Translations under genes and position numbers: made by a program
The notes under the pieces: model-generated
What the model was told of the DNA's origin: nothing
Database searches by the model: none
What the model saw: the letters and a program-made list of their open reading frames with translations, nothing else
Part shown: piece after piece, positions 25,146-37,680 of the stretch
How positions within the stretch are numbered: the stretch's first letter is position 1
How the letters are laid out: each line of letters starts with the position of its first letter
NCBI RefSeq assembly: GCF_032444005.1
Contig: NC_091290.1
Location: 10,726,001-10,790,000, forward strand
Source of the DNA: Ranitomeya imitator
Lineage: Eukaryota
Direction of reading: 5' to 3'
Length of the DNA stretch: 64,000 nt

Positions 25146-25979
25146 TTTTTTCTTCTCTATTTCTATCTCTCCCGCCATGCTTATTCTTTTTGGCATGTGC
25201 CACTAAAATGTAGGATCTTGATCCTTTCTTTGAGTCGCGGGTCTTGTACAATAAGGGGCCAGTGATTGTGCGCTGTCTAAACAACCGCGGGACGCGGCAT
25301 GCAGCAGCAGCGCGCAACTCCACGTTGAGCTATGAGGCCCTTTCCCGCCTGTTGCCTCTTCTCGCCATGATTGATGTCCTCGAGTTTGATTTGGCTGCTT
25401 GAAAGGATTTTCATTCATGGGTCTCAGACGGATGGAATGGCTCCTTTTACAGGAGGGGGTGCAGAGGAGGAGTGGGGGGTACTCCTGTAAAATGGGAATC
25501 GCCCCCCTCCCCCGCCCGTAGCGTTGCACAGCCTGGGCGCTGCTTTGTGTCCCTTCATGGTGGCTGGCACTCTTTTCTTTATTGGCGCTGAACTTGTTTA
25601 TTCTTTTTGGATGAAGTCTCGGATGGGCTGCCGGGGATGTGCGGCGGCCCCTTCTCTTTTGTGCCCGTGTCAGGTTCAATTCATCTCGCCGCTTCTCTCT
25701 TGTTTCTGAGCTATCAATGGCGCAAGATGAAGCAATGGGGTCTGACAATACTGACACGCTCCGATCGCAGGGCCGGGGCCCCCTTGATTAATATGCTGAA
25801 ATTAGTGGGGTCATTTCATCCTGAATGTAAAAAAAATAAATGATACCGCCTAGACGTGCTGCTCGTCTGGAGCAGAAATGACCTATAGTGGACCCCCTTG
25901 GCAGCCCACCATGGTGAAAGCAACAAAGGAAATATTTAGCTTTTTTTTTTGTCTTGAGAGATATAGATAGATATATATG

Positions 25980-26226
25980 TTAATATTATAATTATTGCTT
26001 TGCTTATATAGCGCTTCACAGGTGTCGTCATCACTGTCCCCATTGGGGACTCGCTATCTGCATTCCCTATCAGTCTTTGGGAAGAAACCCACACAAACAC
26101 GGGGAGAACTTACAAGCTCCTTTCAGATCTTGTCTTTGGGATTTGAACCCAGGACCCCAGTGCTGCAAAACAATAATGCTAACCACTGAGCCACCATACA
26201 GTGTTAACCACTGAGCCACCATGCTA
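25980..26226 (-). mobile_element. tRNA-derived SINE of the same family as 2225-2504, with duplicated A-box head
   Basis: Reverse complement of GGTGGCTCAGTGGTTA occurs twice (about 26177-26195 and 26203-26220). B box GGGTTCAAATCCC and a shared core are present. Confidence 0.72.
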
Positions 26227-27044
26227 CACCCTTGTGGTAACCAGTCACCGGACGCCATGTACAAAGGACCTCTGATATCCATCGGAATCAATAAACGCCC
26301 ATTGATGTCGGCCAGTAATGCTTTTTGCGATTCCTCTGCCCCTTATGGAATTTTGCAGTAGTGAGACCCCCCCCCCTTCACCCCCGAGATCAAGATTGAA
26401 TATATGAGAGCAATGGTGCAAACGAGAGAGAAATTCCTATCCCTAAAACAAAAATGTATTGCAGGACGATAGGAAAGCAAATGTACTGATTTTAAGGGTA
26501 CTCGCAATTAAAGGGGTTGTCCACCCCTGGTGAAATGTTTGTCAATACGTGCACCATTTGGATTTGGTTCTGCTTGCCGGTTCCGTCAGGTGTCACGTCA
26601 CGTCAGTCGTTTGTGATTTGCCGATTTGAGTCTCGGCCGCGAGATGCGGAACTGAGACTCATGATGGAACCTGACCGCAAGTATGTAGATGACATGATGG
26701 CCACTGGAACGGGCAGGCCAATGCTAGAGGTGCATGCACTGCACACTGTTAGGATTCAGCATGTTGAAGATTTCATACGGGGCGGATATCCCCCATCAGT
26801 TGTTGTTATGCGATGGTTGCGCATCATAGTTATGTAATATCAGTGGGGACATTGTATGTTGTAAGTTGGCGTCATGTCATGAGCTCCTGACATGGTGCAT
26901 CAGCTTCTGAAAATGAACTGAAGTACATGAGCTTCCTAAAAATTTTTTTAGATGATGCATACATGTCTTGCGTGGTGCATTAGTGCGTGAGCTTCAAGAG
27001 AACTTCTCACATGGTGCATGAATTTTTTAAAAGATGCGTTAGCC

Positions 27045-27206
27045 CAGGGGTCCCCAACTCCAGTCCTCAAGGCCCACCAACATGTCATGTTTTCAGGATT
27101 TCCTTAGTCTTGCCCAGGTAATAATTGCATCACCTGTGCAATGCAAAGGAAATCCTGAAAACATGACCTGTTGGTGGGCCATGAGGACTGGAGTTGGGGA
27201 CCTCTG
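27045..27206. mobile_element. hAT-type palindromic MITE (162 bp)
   Basis: TIRs CAGGGGTCCCCAACTCCAGTCCTCA / TGAGGACTGGAGTTGGGGACCTCTG. 8-bp flanking duplication cgttagcc / ccttagcc (7 of 8 match). Confidence 0.85.
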
Positions 27207-27339
27207 CCTTAGCCTCTTGGATGGTGCATGATCTTCTCAAAAACAACTTCTTAGATGGTGAATGAATATTCCTGATGGTGCAACAGCTCTTTACATGGTG
27301 CATCAGCTTCTTAAAATGAAGTTCCACAGATTATGCAGG

Positions 27340-29730
27340 AGTTCCTTCAAGTGAACATCTCTGATGGTGCATTAGTTCCTTCAAGTGAACTTCTCTGATG
27401 GTGCATGAGTTCCTTCAAGTGAACTTCTCTGATGGTGCATTAGTTCCTTCAAGTGAACTTCTCTGATGGTGCATGAGTTCCTTCAAGTGAACTTCTCTGA
27501 TGGTGCATGAGTTCCTTCAAGTGAACTTCTCTGATGGTGCATTAGTTCCTTAAAGTGAACTTCTCTGATGGTGCATGAGTTCCTTCCAGTGAACTTCTCT
27601 GATGGTGCATTAGTTCCTTCAAGTGAACTTCTCAGATGGTGCATGAGTTCCTTCAAGTGAACACTCTGATGGTTCATTAGTGCCTTCAAGTGAACTTCTC
27701 AGATGGTGCATTAGTTCCTTCAAGTGAACTTCTCAGATGGTGCATTAGTTCCTTCAAGTGAACTTCTCTGATGGTGCATGAGTTCCTTCAAGTGAACTTC
27801 TCTGATGGTGCATGAGTTCCTTCAAGTGAACTTCTCTGATGGTGCATTAGTTCCTTCAAGTGAACTTCTCTGGTGCATGAGTTCCTTCAAGTGAACTTCT
27901 CTGATGGTGCATGAGTTCCTTCAAGTGAACTTCTCTGATGGTGCATTAGTGCCTTCAAGTGAACTTCTCAGATGGTGCATGAGTTCCTTCCAGTGAACTT
28001 CTCAGATGGTGCATTAGTTCCTTCAAGTGAACTTCTCAGATAGTAACATAGTTAGTAAGGCCGAAAAAAGACATTTGTCCATCCAGTTCAGCCTATATTC
28101 CATCATAATAAATACCCAGATCTACGTCCTTCTACAGAACCTAATAATTGTATGATACAATATTGTTCTGCTCCAGGAAGACATCCAGGCCTCTCTTGAA
28201 CCCCTCGACTGAGTTCGCCATCACCACCTCCTCAGGCAAGCAATTCCAGATTCTCACTGCCCTAACAGTAAAGAATCCTCTTCTATGTTGGTGGAAAAAC
28301 CTTCTCTCCTCCAGACGCAAAGAATGCCCCCTTGTGCCCGTCACCTTCCTTGGTATAAACAGATCCTCAGCGAGATATTTGTATTGTCCCCTTATATACT
28401 TATACATGGTTATTAGATCGCCCCTCAGTCGTCTTTTTTCTAGACTAAATAATCCTAATTTCGCTAATCTATCTGGGTATTAGTTCCTTCAAGTGAACTT
28501 CTCTGATGGTGCATTAGTTCCTTCAAGTGAACTTCTCTGATGGTGCAGTAGTGCCTTCAAGTGAACTTCTCTGATGGTGCATTAGTTCCTTCAAGTGAAC
28601 TTCTCTGATGGTGCATTAGTGCCTTCAAGTGAACTTCTCTGATGGTGCATTAGTTCCTTCAAGTGAACTTCTCTGATGGTGCATTAGTGCCTTCAAGTGA
28701 ACTTCTCTGATGGTGCATTAGTGCCTTCAAGTGAACTTCTCTGATGGTGCATTAGTTCCTTCAAGTGAACTTCTCTGATGGTGCATGAGTTCCTTCCAGT
28801 GAACTTCTCAGATGGTGCATTAGTTCCTTCAAGTGAACTTCTCAGATGGTGCATTAGTTCCTTCAAGTGAACTTCTCTGATGGTGCATGAGTTCCTTCAA
28901 GTGAACTTCTCTGATGGTGCATGAGTTCCTTCAAGTGAACTTCTCTGATGGTGCATGAGTTCCTTCAAGTGAACTTCTCTGGTGCATTAGTTCCTTCAAG
29001 TGAACTTCTCAGATGGTGCATGAGTTCCTTCAAGTGAACTTCTCTGATGTTGCATTAGTGCCTTCAAGTGAACTTCTCAGATGGTGCATGAGTTCCTTCA
29101 AGTGAACTTGTCTGATGGTCCATTAGTTCCTTCAAGTGAACTTCTCTGGTGCATTAGTTCCTTCAAGTGAACTTCTCAGATGGTGCATTAGTGCCTTCAA
29201 GTGAACTTCTCTGATGGTGCATTAGTGCCTTCAAGTGAACTTCTCAGATGGTGCATTAGTTCCTTCAAGTGAACTTCTCTGATGGTGCATTAGTTCCTTC
29301 AAGTGAACTTCTCTGATGGTGCATTAGTTCCTTCAAGTGAACTTCTCTGATGGTGCATTAGTGCCTTCAAGTGAACTTCTCTGATGGTGCATTAGTTCCT
29401 TCAAGTGAACTTCTCTGATGGTGCATTAGTTCCTTCAAGTGAACTTCTCTGATGGTGCATTAGTTCCTTCAAGTGAATTTCTCTGATGGTGCATTAGTTC
29501 CTTCAAGTGAACTTCTCTGATGGTGCATTAGTGCCTTCAAGTGAACTTCTCTGATGGTGCATTAGTTCCTTCAAGTGAACTTCTCTGATGGTGCATTAGT
29601 TCCTTCAAGTGAACTTCTCTGATGGTGCATTAGTGCCTTCAAGTGAACTTCTCTGATGGTGCATTAGTTCCTTCCAGTGAACTTCTCTGATGGTGCATTA
29701 GTGCCTTCAAATGAACTTCTCAGATGATGC
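27340..29730. repeat. 34-bp satellite GTTCCTTCAAGTGAACTTCTCWGATGGTGCATKA, interrupted by a CR1 fragment
   Basis: Tandem units visible. Degenerate copies extend to about 26880 and about 30240. Confidence 0.97.
28041..28481 (-). mobile_element. Short 5'-truncated CR1 copy (about 440 bp) matching the 3' end of the 20654-23357 element
   Basis: Same sequence as about 20667-21107 by eye; identical translated C-terminus in the ORF track. Confidence 0.95.
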
Positions 29731-31692
29731 ATTAGTTTCCTAAAAGGAACATCTCAGATGGTACATGATTTTTTTTCAGATGGAGCAAGAGTCTCTTAGA
29801 AGTTCTTTTGAGAAGATCTGGCACCAGCTTAGTCCATGAACCTGTCATTGCATAAGTTTCTTCACATGAACTTCTCAGATGATGCATAAAAATCTTAGAT
29901 GGGTCATCAACCTCTTTGAATGGTGCATGATCTTCTAAAAAAAAAAAAACTTAGATGGTGCAAGAGTTTCTTCTGAGTGAGCTACTCAGATGGAAGAGGA
30001 CTTGATTTCTAGCTCCACCTATTGGATGTCGCAATCCTAAGAGTCAATATTGACCCCTGTCAGATGGTGTATGTACTTTTAGATGGCACATCAATTACCC
30101 TGTTAGTTGCTGAATGAATTTCTTAGATGGTCCATCAGCTTCTCAAACAGAACTTAGATGGTGCATGATTTTCTCAAAAAGAGCTTATTAGATGGTGCGT
30201 GAATTTCTTAGGTGCTTGAGCTCTTTAGATGGCACATCACCTACTACGTTGAACGTAATGACCTGCTTAATATGACATTGGCTTTTATGGATCTGTGTAG
30301 CGGGTGACTACCTGTAGGCAGCCATATTTGTGCACGCAGTAGGAATGAATGAGGTCAGGAGTGGCTTTGGCATTGGTCAGAGCTCCCGTCCTCCCCTCTT
30401 GGTAGGTGATCGGCGGTGCACTGTGATTACTGAAGCCAGCAGTTCATTATTTTATCATAGGACTTATAGGAACAGTGAGTTAACAGGCGCTGACATGTAG
30501 AGGCGCTGTCGGTGCTTTGTGTCAACAGATCACTTTTCAGAGCAGGTTCCTAAAACACTTAAGAAATTACTTTGCAAACTTTTCAGCGCTATTTGGGCCT
30601 TTCGACTGTGCACCCCAAGAAGTTCTTGGGTGTCTCGGGACTGCGATTTGCAGGGTGTGAAGGAGGAAGTGAAATTTGATGGCATAAGTGGAACAAGACC
30701 CTTTTGGGGACATGCATCTCCATTGGTTCTGAACCTTCTGGAGTGTTCCCAGTCTGTCCGGCTGAATAATTGGTCCCTCACTAGGTGGGTTGGGACGGTG
30801 CGTAAGCTCTTCTGCCCATGTTTTAAGTGATTTTCTACTTGCAATCTGTTGCTTGAAGGGAGGGAAAGAAAAAAGCGAGGGAGAAAAGCTTTAAAAATGT
30901 GGATTATTCCTAAGAGAATGGCGAGGCTGCTGAATGTGGTGGTCCGGCCTCTTCAGGAAACACGAGACCGGCTTTGTATAGACCTACAGCAATGCAGCTT
31001 GGATGGGGTCCCAGTATCCTGGCACCATTGTGTCACAGCAGAATGGAGCCGAGTGCCGCCTGTGTTGGGATCCCCGGCACTTAGCTCTGGCACATTTCAT
31101 TGAGCCTCTGTTGTCGTGATGGATGACGGCCAGTGACTGGCAGCTCGGGCCATGACAAAGCCTTTCTAAAGGTGCGATCTTGGCCGGAATAGGCCATTGC
31201 CGGCTTGTGAAAGCGTCCAGATATTTATTACTAACTGCTTGCTGTCACTTTGCAAAAGCCCAGAAACAATTCAGGTCCTTAATCCTGGAAGCGGCGTCTG
31301 TTCTGTGCCCGGGAGAGAAGCGAGAGCGTTACCAGGTCACTTTGAAAAGCCGCACAGAGCGAATTCTTTTGTGTCGGGGAAGCAAAAGTGACTCGATTGT
31401 GTTACATGACTTCTACTGTACCCAGAGCAGGGGCACCGGCGGGGGTGCGAGCGTTGGATTAGGCTATTAGAAGACAATTTGACATCTGCCTGAGGTTCTC
31501 CAGCAGGCAACTTGGCAATAACATGTTGGGGGAAAAAAAGTCTTCATCACCATCGATGATTGACGTAGCCGGATTAGACTATAAGATCCTTTTTTTTCTG
31601 AAATGCTTTTTTTTCTTTAATTTTGAAAACTGTTTAAAGTTTTTTTTTTTTTTTCAACTTTTTAACTAATCCGTATTTTCTCTTCATTGCAG

Positions 31693-31841
31693 ATGTAAAG
31701 TTTATTTCCAACCCCCCTTCAATGATTGCAGCTGGGAGCGTAGCAGCCGCCATACAGGGTCTAAATTTGGGGAACACAGACGGCGACTTCTCTTCTCAAC
31801 ACCTCACTCTATTCTTAGCACAAGTCATCAAATGCGACCCG
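31693..31841 (+). CDS. ccnd1: Cyclin D1 coding exon 4 (149 nt)
   Basis: ttgcag|AT; (D)[49 protein letters not shown]; donor CCG|gtaagt. Phase matches exon 3. Confidence 0.96.
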
Positions 31842-33564
31842 GTAAGTCCACCCCAAATATATAGATAGTTAGAGATGAATGAACTTGAACTTTAAAAGTT
31901 TGAGGTTCGTACCAGACAGTTGGTGTCCAGTGCTAAACGCTGAAAACAGACTTCTACCGGAAGTCCTATACAAACCCATAGTCTATTGTGTCAGTTCTAG
32001 CGGACGTGCATTGCAATGTTTGGAGATCTGGGGGAAGCCCGGAGAGAGAGGTTCAAATTTGGGTACAGTTCTGAAATAAAGTTTTGGTTGGGTAGAAGAA
32101 CCCAAACTTTCATGGCTCCACTCATCCCTAATCGTTTGTGATCGGCGTGGCGCTGGGGACCTACGGCATTCATGTAGTTCTCGGTAGCCGCTCCTGCCCT
32201 TTGACCACCTGCCCGCTCAGATCTTAAGTGATGTACTCCAGTGTCTTGTAAGACCACAGAGGCTTAAAGGTCTGTAGTGAATGACTGATGGGTAAAGTCA
32301 GCCATTTGCAGATGATGGTTTTCAGCTTAGACGGTGCATGTTAGAATAAGCAGCTGTCAGGCACTTTTTAGCATCGCTTATCCAATGGGAAACAAAGGTG
32401 TCAAAATCTAAGCGGAGCAGTGCGGCAATCAGGTCGCTTTATGGCATCGCCTTACTGGTGGCCAACTCAACTCGTTGGTGTGGATAGAGAAAGGACCCAA
32501 ATGTAAAGATAAAAGTAGGCTCCCAAAAGGATGTCTCACCTTCTATACAACCATTTCATGGCCCAATTCCCTTTTGGCTGCCTCTCTCCTAATTTCCCAT
32601 AGCAGGAACCTGGTCAGCTTCTTTGTTTTTTCCACCCTTGGGCCGGCACTGTGAGCAGTGGTCCTATGTGCCGTCCAAGTGTAGAGTTAATCAATAACGC
32701 AACCACCTGACACATGGTGTTAGCTGATCAATAAACGTTTGAGCTGGAAAACAACAGAACCTGCCTCTTACTTTCTAGGAATTGAAGTCCTTTTTCCACA
32801 TTAGGCCACTCGCACCACGTTCTCGTTCCCCATCCTCGGTAAACACCACATTAGACCCATCTGAGGACTGCTTACTATAGCAAGTGTTAAAAATAACCTC
32901 CCGGCCGCAAATTTGTGTGAGGAGCTAAAAACCACAAGATTGAGTCTAGGTGCATTCGGGCCCCTGGAAGACACAGTCCCAATGGGCCCCTCTTAACTTT
33001 CAATTTTTCTTCCTCACCTTCCAAGATCTATAATTGTTTGAATTCTCCAGATAATGGGCAAGTTTTTTTGCAGTACAAGTTCTAAATTTTATCATTATCA
33101 TTTTGGGGTCTTTATGACTTTTTGATCTTTTTATTTAATTTTCCTTGGGAGGCGACGTGATCGAAAAACATTAACTGCTCCATTTAGATTTTGCTCTAGT
33201 TTGGCGTTCACCATATGGGATAAATATTATAATAGTTTATTTGGATGACTATGCACACATAGCAATTATGTCAATAATTTTTTTTTTTAGATGGGTGTTA
33301 TTTCTTTATATTTTTCACTTTTTTTTTTTTTTTAAATTGGTGCCCCGCAAGGGACTCGGACCTGTGATCACTTGTACAATACACTGCAATCCTGTAATAT
33401 TGCAGTGCATTGCAAAATTACTGATTTCACGATGAGGCTTCATGGGAGTACAAACTTGGCAGACATTGGGGTCTTCAGTAGTACCCTCGGTTGCCATAAC
33501 AATACCATTGGCATTTCATATTTGCATCCGTGTGGGGCCGATGATTGTCAGACACCTGTCATGC

Positions 33565-34220
33565 TGTTAACGGCGATAAAGGGGCAGGACGGCGTACTGG
33601 GACCCGCACCTGTCCCTGCCACTATAATGGGGCCCTGACTTTCCCTTATCTCAGGGGTACCTATAATGGTTAGGAGGCCTGAGCCGCCAGCGTATCCCTG
33701 TCTCCTGTGCAGACCCCATCAGTGGCCCCCTCTCCCCCCAAGGGAGGTGGACTGCACCAGTGTATAAATACAACAATTAAACAGGGTATACAGACAAGGT
33801 AACTAAAAGTCTCAAACTCACCAAATGCTCACACAACCACAGAGGAAACACAGAGAAGGGAAGAGAAGGAATAAACTAGGAAGGAAAACAGGTTTAACAT
33901 GCAACCAAAACAGCAGACACCAATCTCTGTAAATAGACCTCCAAGCTCCTAATACCACGCTCCTTCTCACTCCAAGCCAGGCAACAGAACTGATCACTGA
34001 CAACAGTTGTAGACAAAGCTGAGTCTATAGAGATTACCAAAACCAAATCAGCTGAGAGACACAGCTCTCAGTAACTATAATAACAAGGTTTAACTCCTGC
34101 CCTGCTGGCACAAGACAGCCAGGTCAGAATTCAGGAGGATAGCTTCTGTTCATCGTGTGTGAACGAGGCCCAGAGCGCTGCGGTTCTCTGGAACCTCTCT
34201 GTCGCGGTAGCCCCGTGACA
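33565..34220 (-). mobile_element. Possible solo-LTR-like insertion
   Basis: TG...CA termini (tgttaac...gtgaca). No TSD found. Confidence 0.35.
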
Positions 34221-34286
34221 AGTTCAACACCTTTATCCATTTCCAACCTCTTAAATGCTGCTGTCACAGTTGATCACAACGTTTAA

Positions 34287-35017
34287 GGGAGCTTTCACAT
34301 TGCGTTCTCTGTCCCTGTCGGGGTACATGTCTGAAATTCCCCACAAAAACGGGGTCCGGACGCATGCGCCGGCGGGGCCATAGATTGCAGTGGTGACAGC
34401 AGAGCAAGCATGTGCTCCACTGTGCATTTTTTTTCTGGAGTGTACGTCAACAGGATCCGAACACTTAGGCTATGTGCACACTTTGCAGATTCCACTGCGG
34501 ATTTTTCCGCAGCGGAATTGCAAAATCCGCAGTGAAAACCCATCGCGGTTTTTACTGCGGATTTATCGCGGTTTTTACTGCGTTTTCTTCTGCGGATTTT
34601 CACCTGCAGTTTTCTATTGGAGCAGGTGAAAATCCGCAGAAAAGAAGTGACATGCTGCGGAATGTAATCCGCAGCGTTTCCGCGCGGATTTTTCTGCAGC
34701 ATGTGCACAGCGTTTTTTTTTTCCCATAGGTTTACATTGAAATGTAAACTCATGGGAAACTGCTGCGGATCCGCAGCGGTCAAATCCGCTGCGGATCCGC
34801 GGCAAAATCCGCAAAGTGTGAATATAGCCTTAAGACGTAGTCTACTACATGTGAGTGTCCGCCTCATGTAGGCGTACATGAAAATGATGCACGGCAGAGC
34901 GCATGTTCACTCTGCCTTCACCGTTACAGCCTATGGCCCAGTTGGCGCATGCGTCCGGACCCTGATTTGCAAGGGAAATGTGGTCCGATGGAGACCCAGC
35001 ACAATGTGAAAGCAGCC
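34287..35017. mobile_element. Harbinger-like MITE (host of a nested MITE)
   Basis: TIRs GGGAGCTTTCACATTG / CAATGTGAAAGCAGCC, flanked by TAA and TTA. Internal inverted segment ccggacgcatgcgcc / ggcgcatgcgtccgg. Confidence 0.65.
34468..34829. mobile_element. PIF/Harbinger-type MITE nested in 34287-35017
   Basis: TIRs GGCTATGTGCACAC / GTGTGAATATAGCC, TTA duplication on both sides, internal ccgcag/ctgcgg repeats. Confidence 0.85.
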
Positions 35018-35881
35018 TTAGACTGCTGTGATCAGAGCTCCCTCCGATCCCAGCAGTTGGTCCACTTTCTATCCCTCCTGTTTGTGCCCTGACTTTTCGG
35101 CCTAATCCACTGTGCATTTATTGGCATAGAACGTTCCGGCCATAGAAGTAATTAGGAAAGGCCAGTTAGTTGTTTGGTTTTTTTTTTTTTTTCACTCTTT
35201 GTAATTAATCTACAGAGGGTTTTAGGGTTGAGCACATTGTGGGCAGTGAAAATCTGAGTAGTCAAGCAGAAAAGTTTTTGGCAGAAAGTGGTGAAGGGTA
35301 AAGTAAGCGCCTGTTGTTTCCCTGCCTCTGTCAGTTTCCATCTGACCCCAGAGTTCTCTCATGTGAGGGCTGCACGCACGTCACGGCAGAAGATCACTGC
35401 CCCACATTTTAGTTTTGTTGTTCTGTTATGATCCAGAAAAATATCTGCCTTCCTCGCTGCGGACGTTCTGCTTCTGATCTGACATTCCTGTAAAATATCA
35501 ATCCTGAAGCTTTTTTTTTTTGTTGTTTTCATGCAATGTGGAGCCGTTCCTCTGTTAGTCCTTCTGGAAATGTAATGGGTAAACTTACAACTTGGTAACG
35601 CCCAGATGTCAGATTATTCAATATATCACCAGGAGGAATAACAGAGGAACGTCTCAAGTCTTTATTTTGGTCTCATCGATACCAATTTTCAGTCTATAGT
35701 AGCATGCACAATTAAAAGAGCTGTCTAGAACACTATCCCACGGGGACGAACAAAACGTGGTCATATTAGACCTTTCTAGGGGCCAATTTGACTTTGCCAA
35801 ACAATAACAAAAACGAATGGTTGAAAACAACAAGGACTTCATTGTGCATTGGCTGTGCTTTAAATAAAGTTTATTGACAGG

Positions 35882-35967
35882 TCCATGGCAACCAATCGCA
35901 GCACAGTTTTCATTTCTAAAGATACTCTGGTAAAATGAAAGCTGCTCTGTGATTGGTTGCTATGGGC
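35882..35967. repeat. Short hairpin interspersed repeat (ccatggcaaccaatc...gattggttgctatgg)
   Basis: Self-complementary arms; related motifs at about 36195 and 37198. Confidence 0.5.
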
Positions 35968-36422
35968 TACAAAGACAGTAATGATACAGCTGTCCTGTCA
36001 TCATCAAACTTTATTGATAATGTCTATATAAAAAAAGCACTTTCAAAAGAGACTGAGCATTCTATATAATGTAGGCCGGGCTGATTTAGTCACAGAGTCC
36101 GGAGTTCAGGGAAATGTGTCGGCGTTCACATGGTGTACTGAATTACAAAATATGAGTGTATAGGGCCTTATTTTATCAAATTAAATAGGACCTTGTTGCC
36201 CATAGCAACCAATTCCTGCCTAGCTGTGTTTTTTTTTTTTGTTTGTTTTTTTTCCCCTCTGTGACTGACTTATGCTGCTATCGCTGAGCAGGCAGTTACA
36301 TGACTACGACGGCCATCCTAGAATCTGTGGAGTGCAGCACATTTTTACATTGGCAGTGGGGCTCCTAAAGGCCCATCCCCGCCGCCATCTTGGTCCTCCT
36401 GCGAACTCCAGTCTAGGTTTGA

Positions 36423-36761
36423 GGCTATGTGCACACGTTCAGGATTTATTGCAGAAATTTCCTGATAAAAACCTGAAGTTTTCTTAAAGAAATTGCATGC
36501 GTTTTTTGCACGTTTTTGGTGCGTTTTTTTTCCCCAGACATTTCCCAATGCATTCTATAGTGGGAAATCCGCAAAAAAAACGCAAAATTAATGAACATGC
36601 TGCGTTTTTTACCGCGATGCGTTTTTTTCGTGGGAAAAAACATGCATCATGTGCACAAAAATTGCGGAATTCATTCTAAATGATGGGTTGCATAATGTAT
36701 GCTGTGTTTTGCGGTTTTATAGCGTAAAAACGCGAAAAATCAGCAACGTGTGCACACAGCC
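36423..36761. mobile_element. PIF/Harbinger-type MITE
   Basis: TIRs GGCTATGTGCACACGTT / AACGTGTGCACACAGCC; 3-bp TSD TGA on both sides. Confidence 0.85.
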
Positions 36762-36765
36762 TGAT

Positions 36766-36928
36766 NNNNNNNNNNNNNNNNNNNNNNNNNNNNNNNNNNN
36801 NNNNNNNNNNNNNNNNNNNNNNNNNNNNNNNNNNNNNNNNNNNNNNNNNNNNNNNNNNNNNNNNNNNNNNNNNNNNNNNNNNNNNNNNNNNNNNNNNNNN
36901 NNNNNNNNNNNNNNNNNNNNNNNNNNNN
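36766..36928. other. Assembly gap (163 N)
   Basis: Run of N in ccnd1 intron 4. Confidence 0.99.
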
Positions 36929-37294
36929 ATTGCACTAACCTGTACAGTCATATTTACTACATGATTAATGCAATAAAGACGAAACCCAAAAAATCAATGG
37001 GAGAATTGAGTGTCGTACACAGTTTTCCCGAATTGTTTCGGACAAATTATTATTCCGGGATAAATGCCACAAGCAGCTATTTCAATGCAAAAAATAACAG
37101 AGAAGGTTATGACTCTTGGAAGTAGGCAAGGGGGAAAAAAAAACAAAAAAATGGCCGTAGCGGAAAAGGGGGTTAACTATATGAAAGCTGAGCTGTGATT
37201 GGTTGCTAAAGCCACCAGGCCCAGGCTTCTGTTGCGGCCCATATGATTTTGGTTCCAATAAGCTTTATTGTAATGAATTCAGAGAACGCTTTTA

Positions 37295-37617
37295 GGCTAT
37301 GTGCACATATTCAGGATTTTTCGCGTTTCTTCGGCCGTTTTCTGCGGGAGAAACTCTTAAAAAAACGCATACATAAGCATCCCATAATTTTTAATGCATT
37401 CTGCAATTTTTGTGCAAATGATGCATTTTTTTTCCGCGAAAAAACGCACCGTGGTAAACGCAGTATGTTCATTAATTTTGCGGATTTTTTGCGTTTTTCA
37501 CGCTATTTAATGCATTGGGAAGCTCCGGGGGAAAAAAACGCATGCGGATTTCCTACAGAAAAAGTCCGGTTTCGTTCAGGAAAATTCAGCAGAAAATCCT
37601 CACGTGTGCACATAGCC
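37295..37617. mobile_element. PIF/Harbinger-type MITE about 60 bp upstream of ccnd1 exon 5
   Basis: TIRs GGCTATGTGCACA / TGTGCACATAGCC; TTA TSD on both sides. Confidence 0.87.
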
Positions 37618-37680
37618 TTAGGCGCGATCTCGCCGTTTTTTGTTAACTGTGGATCCTAACAACTTCTTTCCCTTTTCTAG

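Noticed and set aside
24607-25206. 199-aa hydrophobic S/F/I/L-rich ORF
   Set aside because: It is the translation of a pyrimidine microsatellite.
27340-29730. CRISPR-like appearance of 30-35 bp repeat arrays (also 16680-19070 and 56971-58308)
   Set aside because: Units are head-to-tail with no unique spacers, there are no cas genes, and the context is eukaryotic introns.
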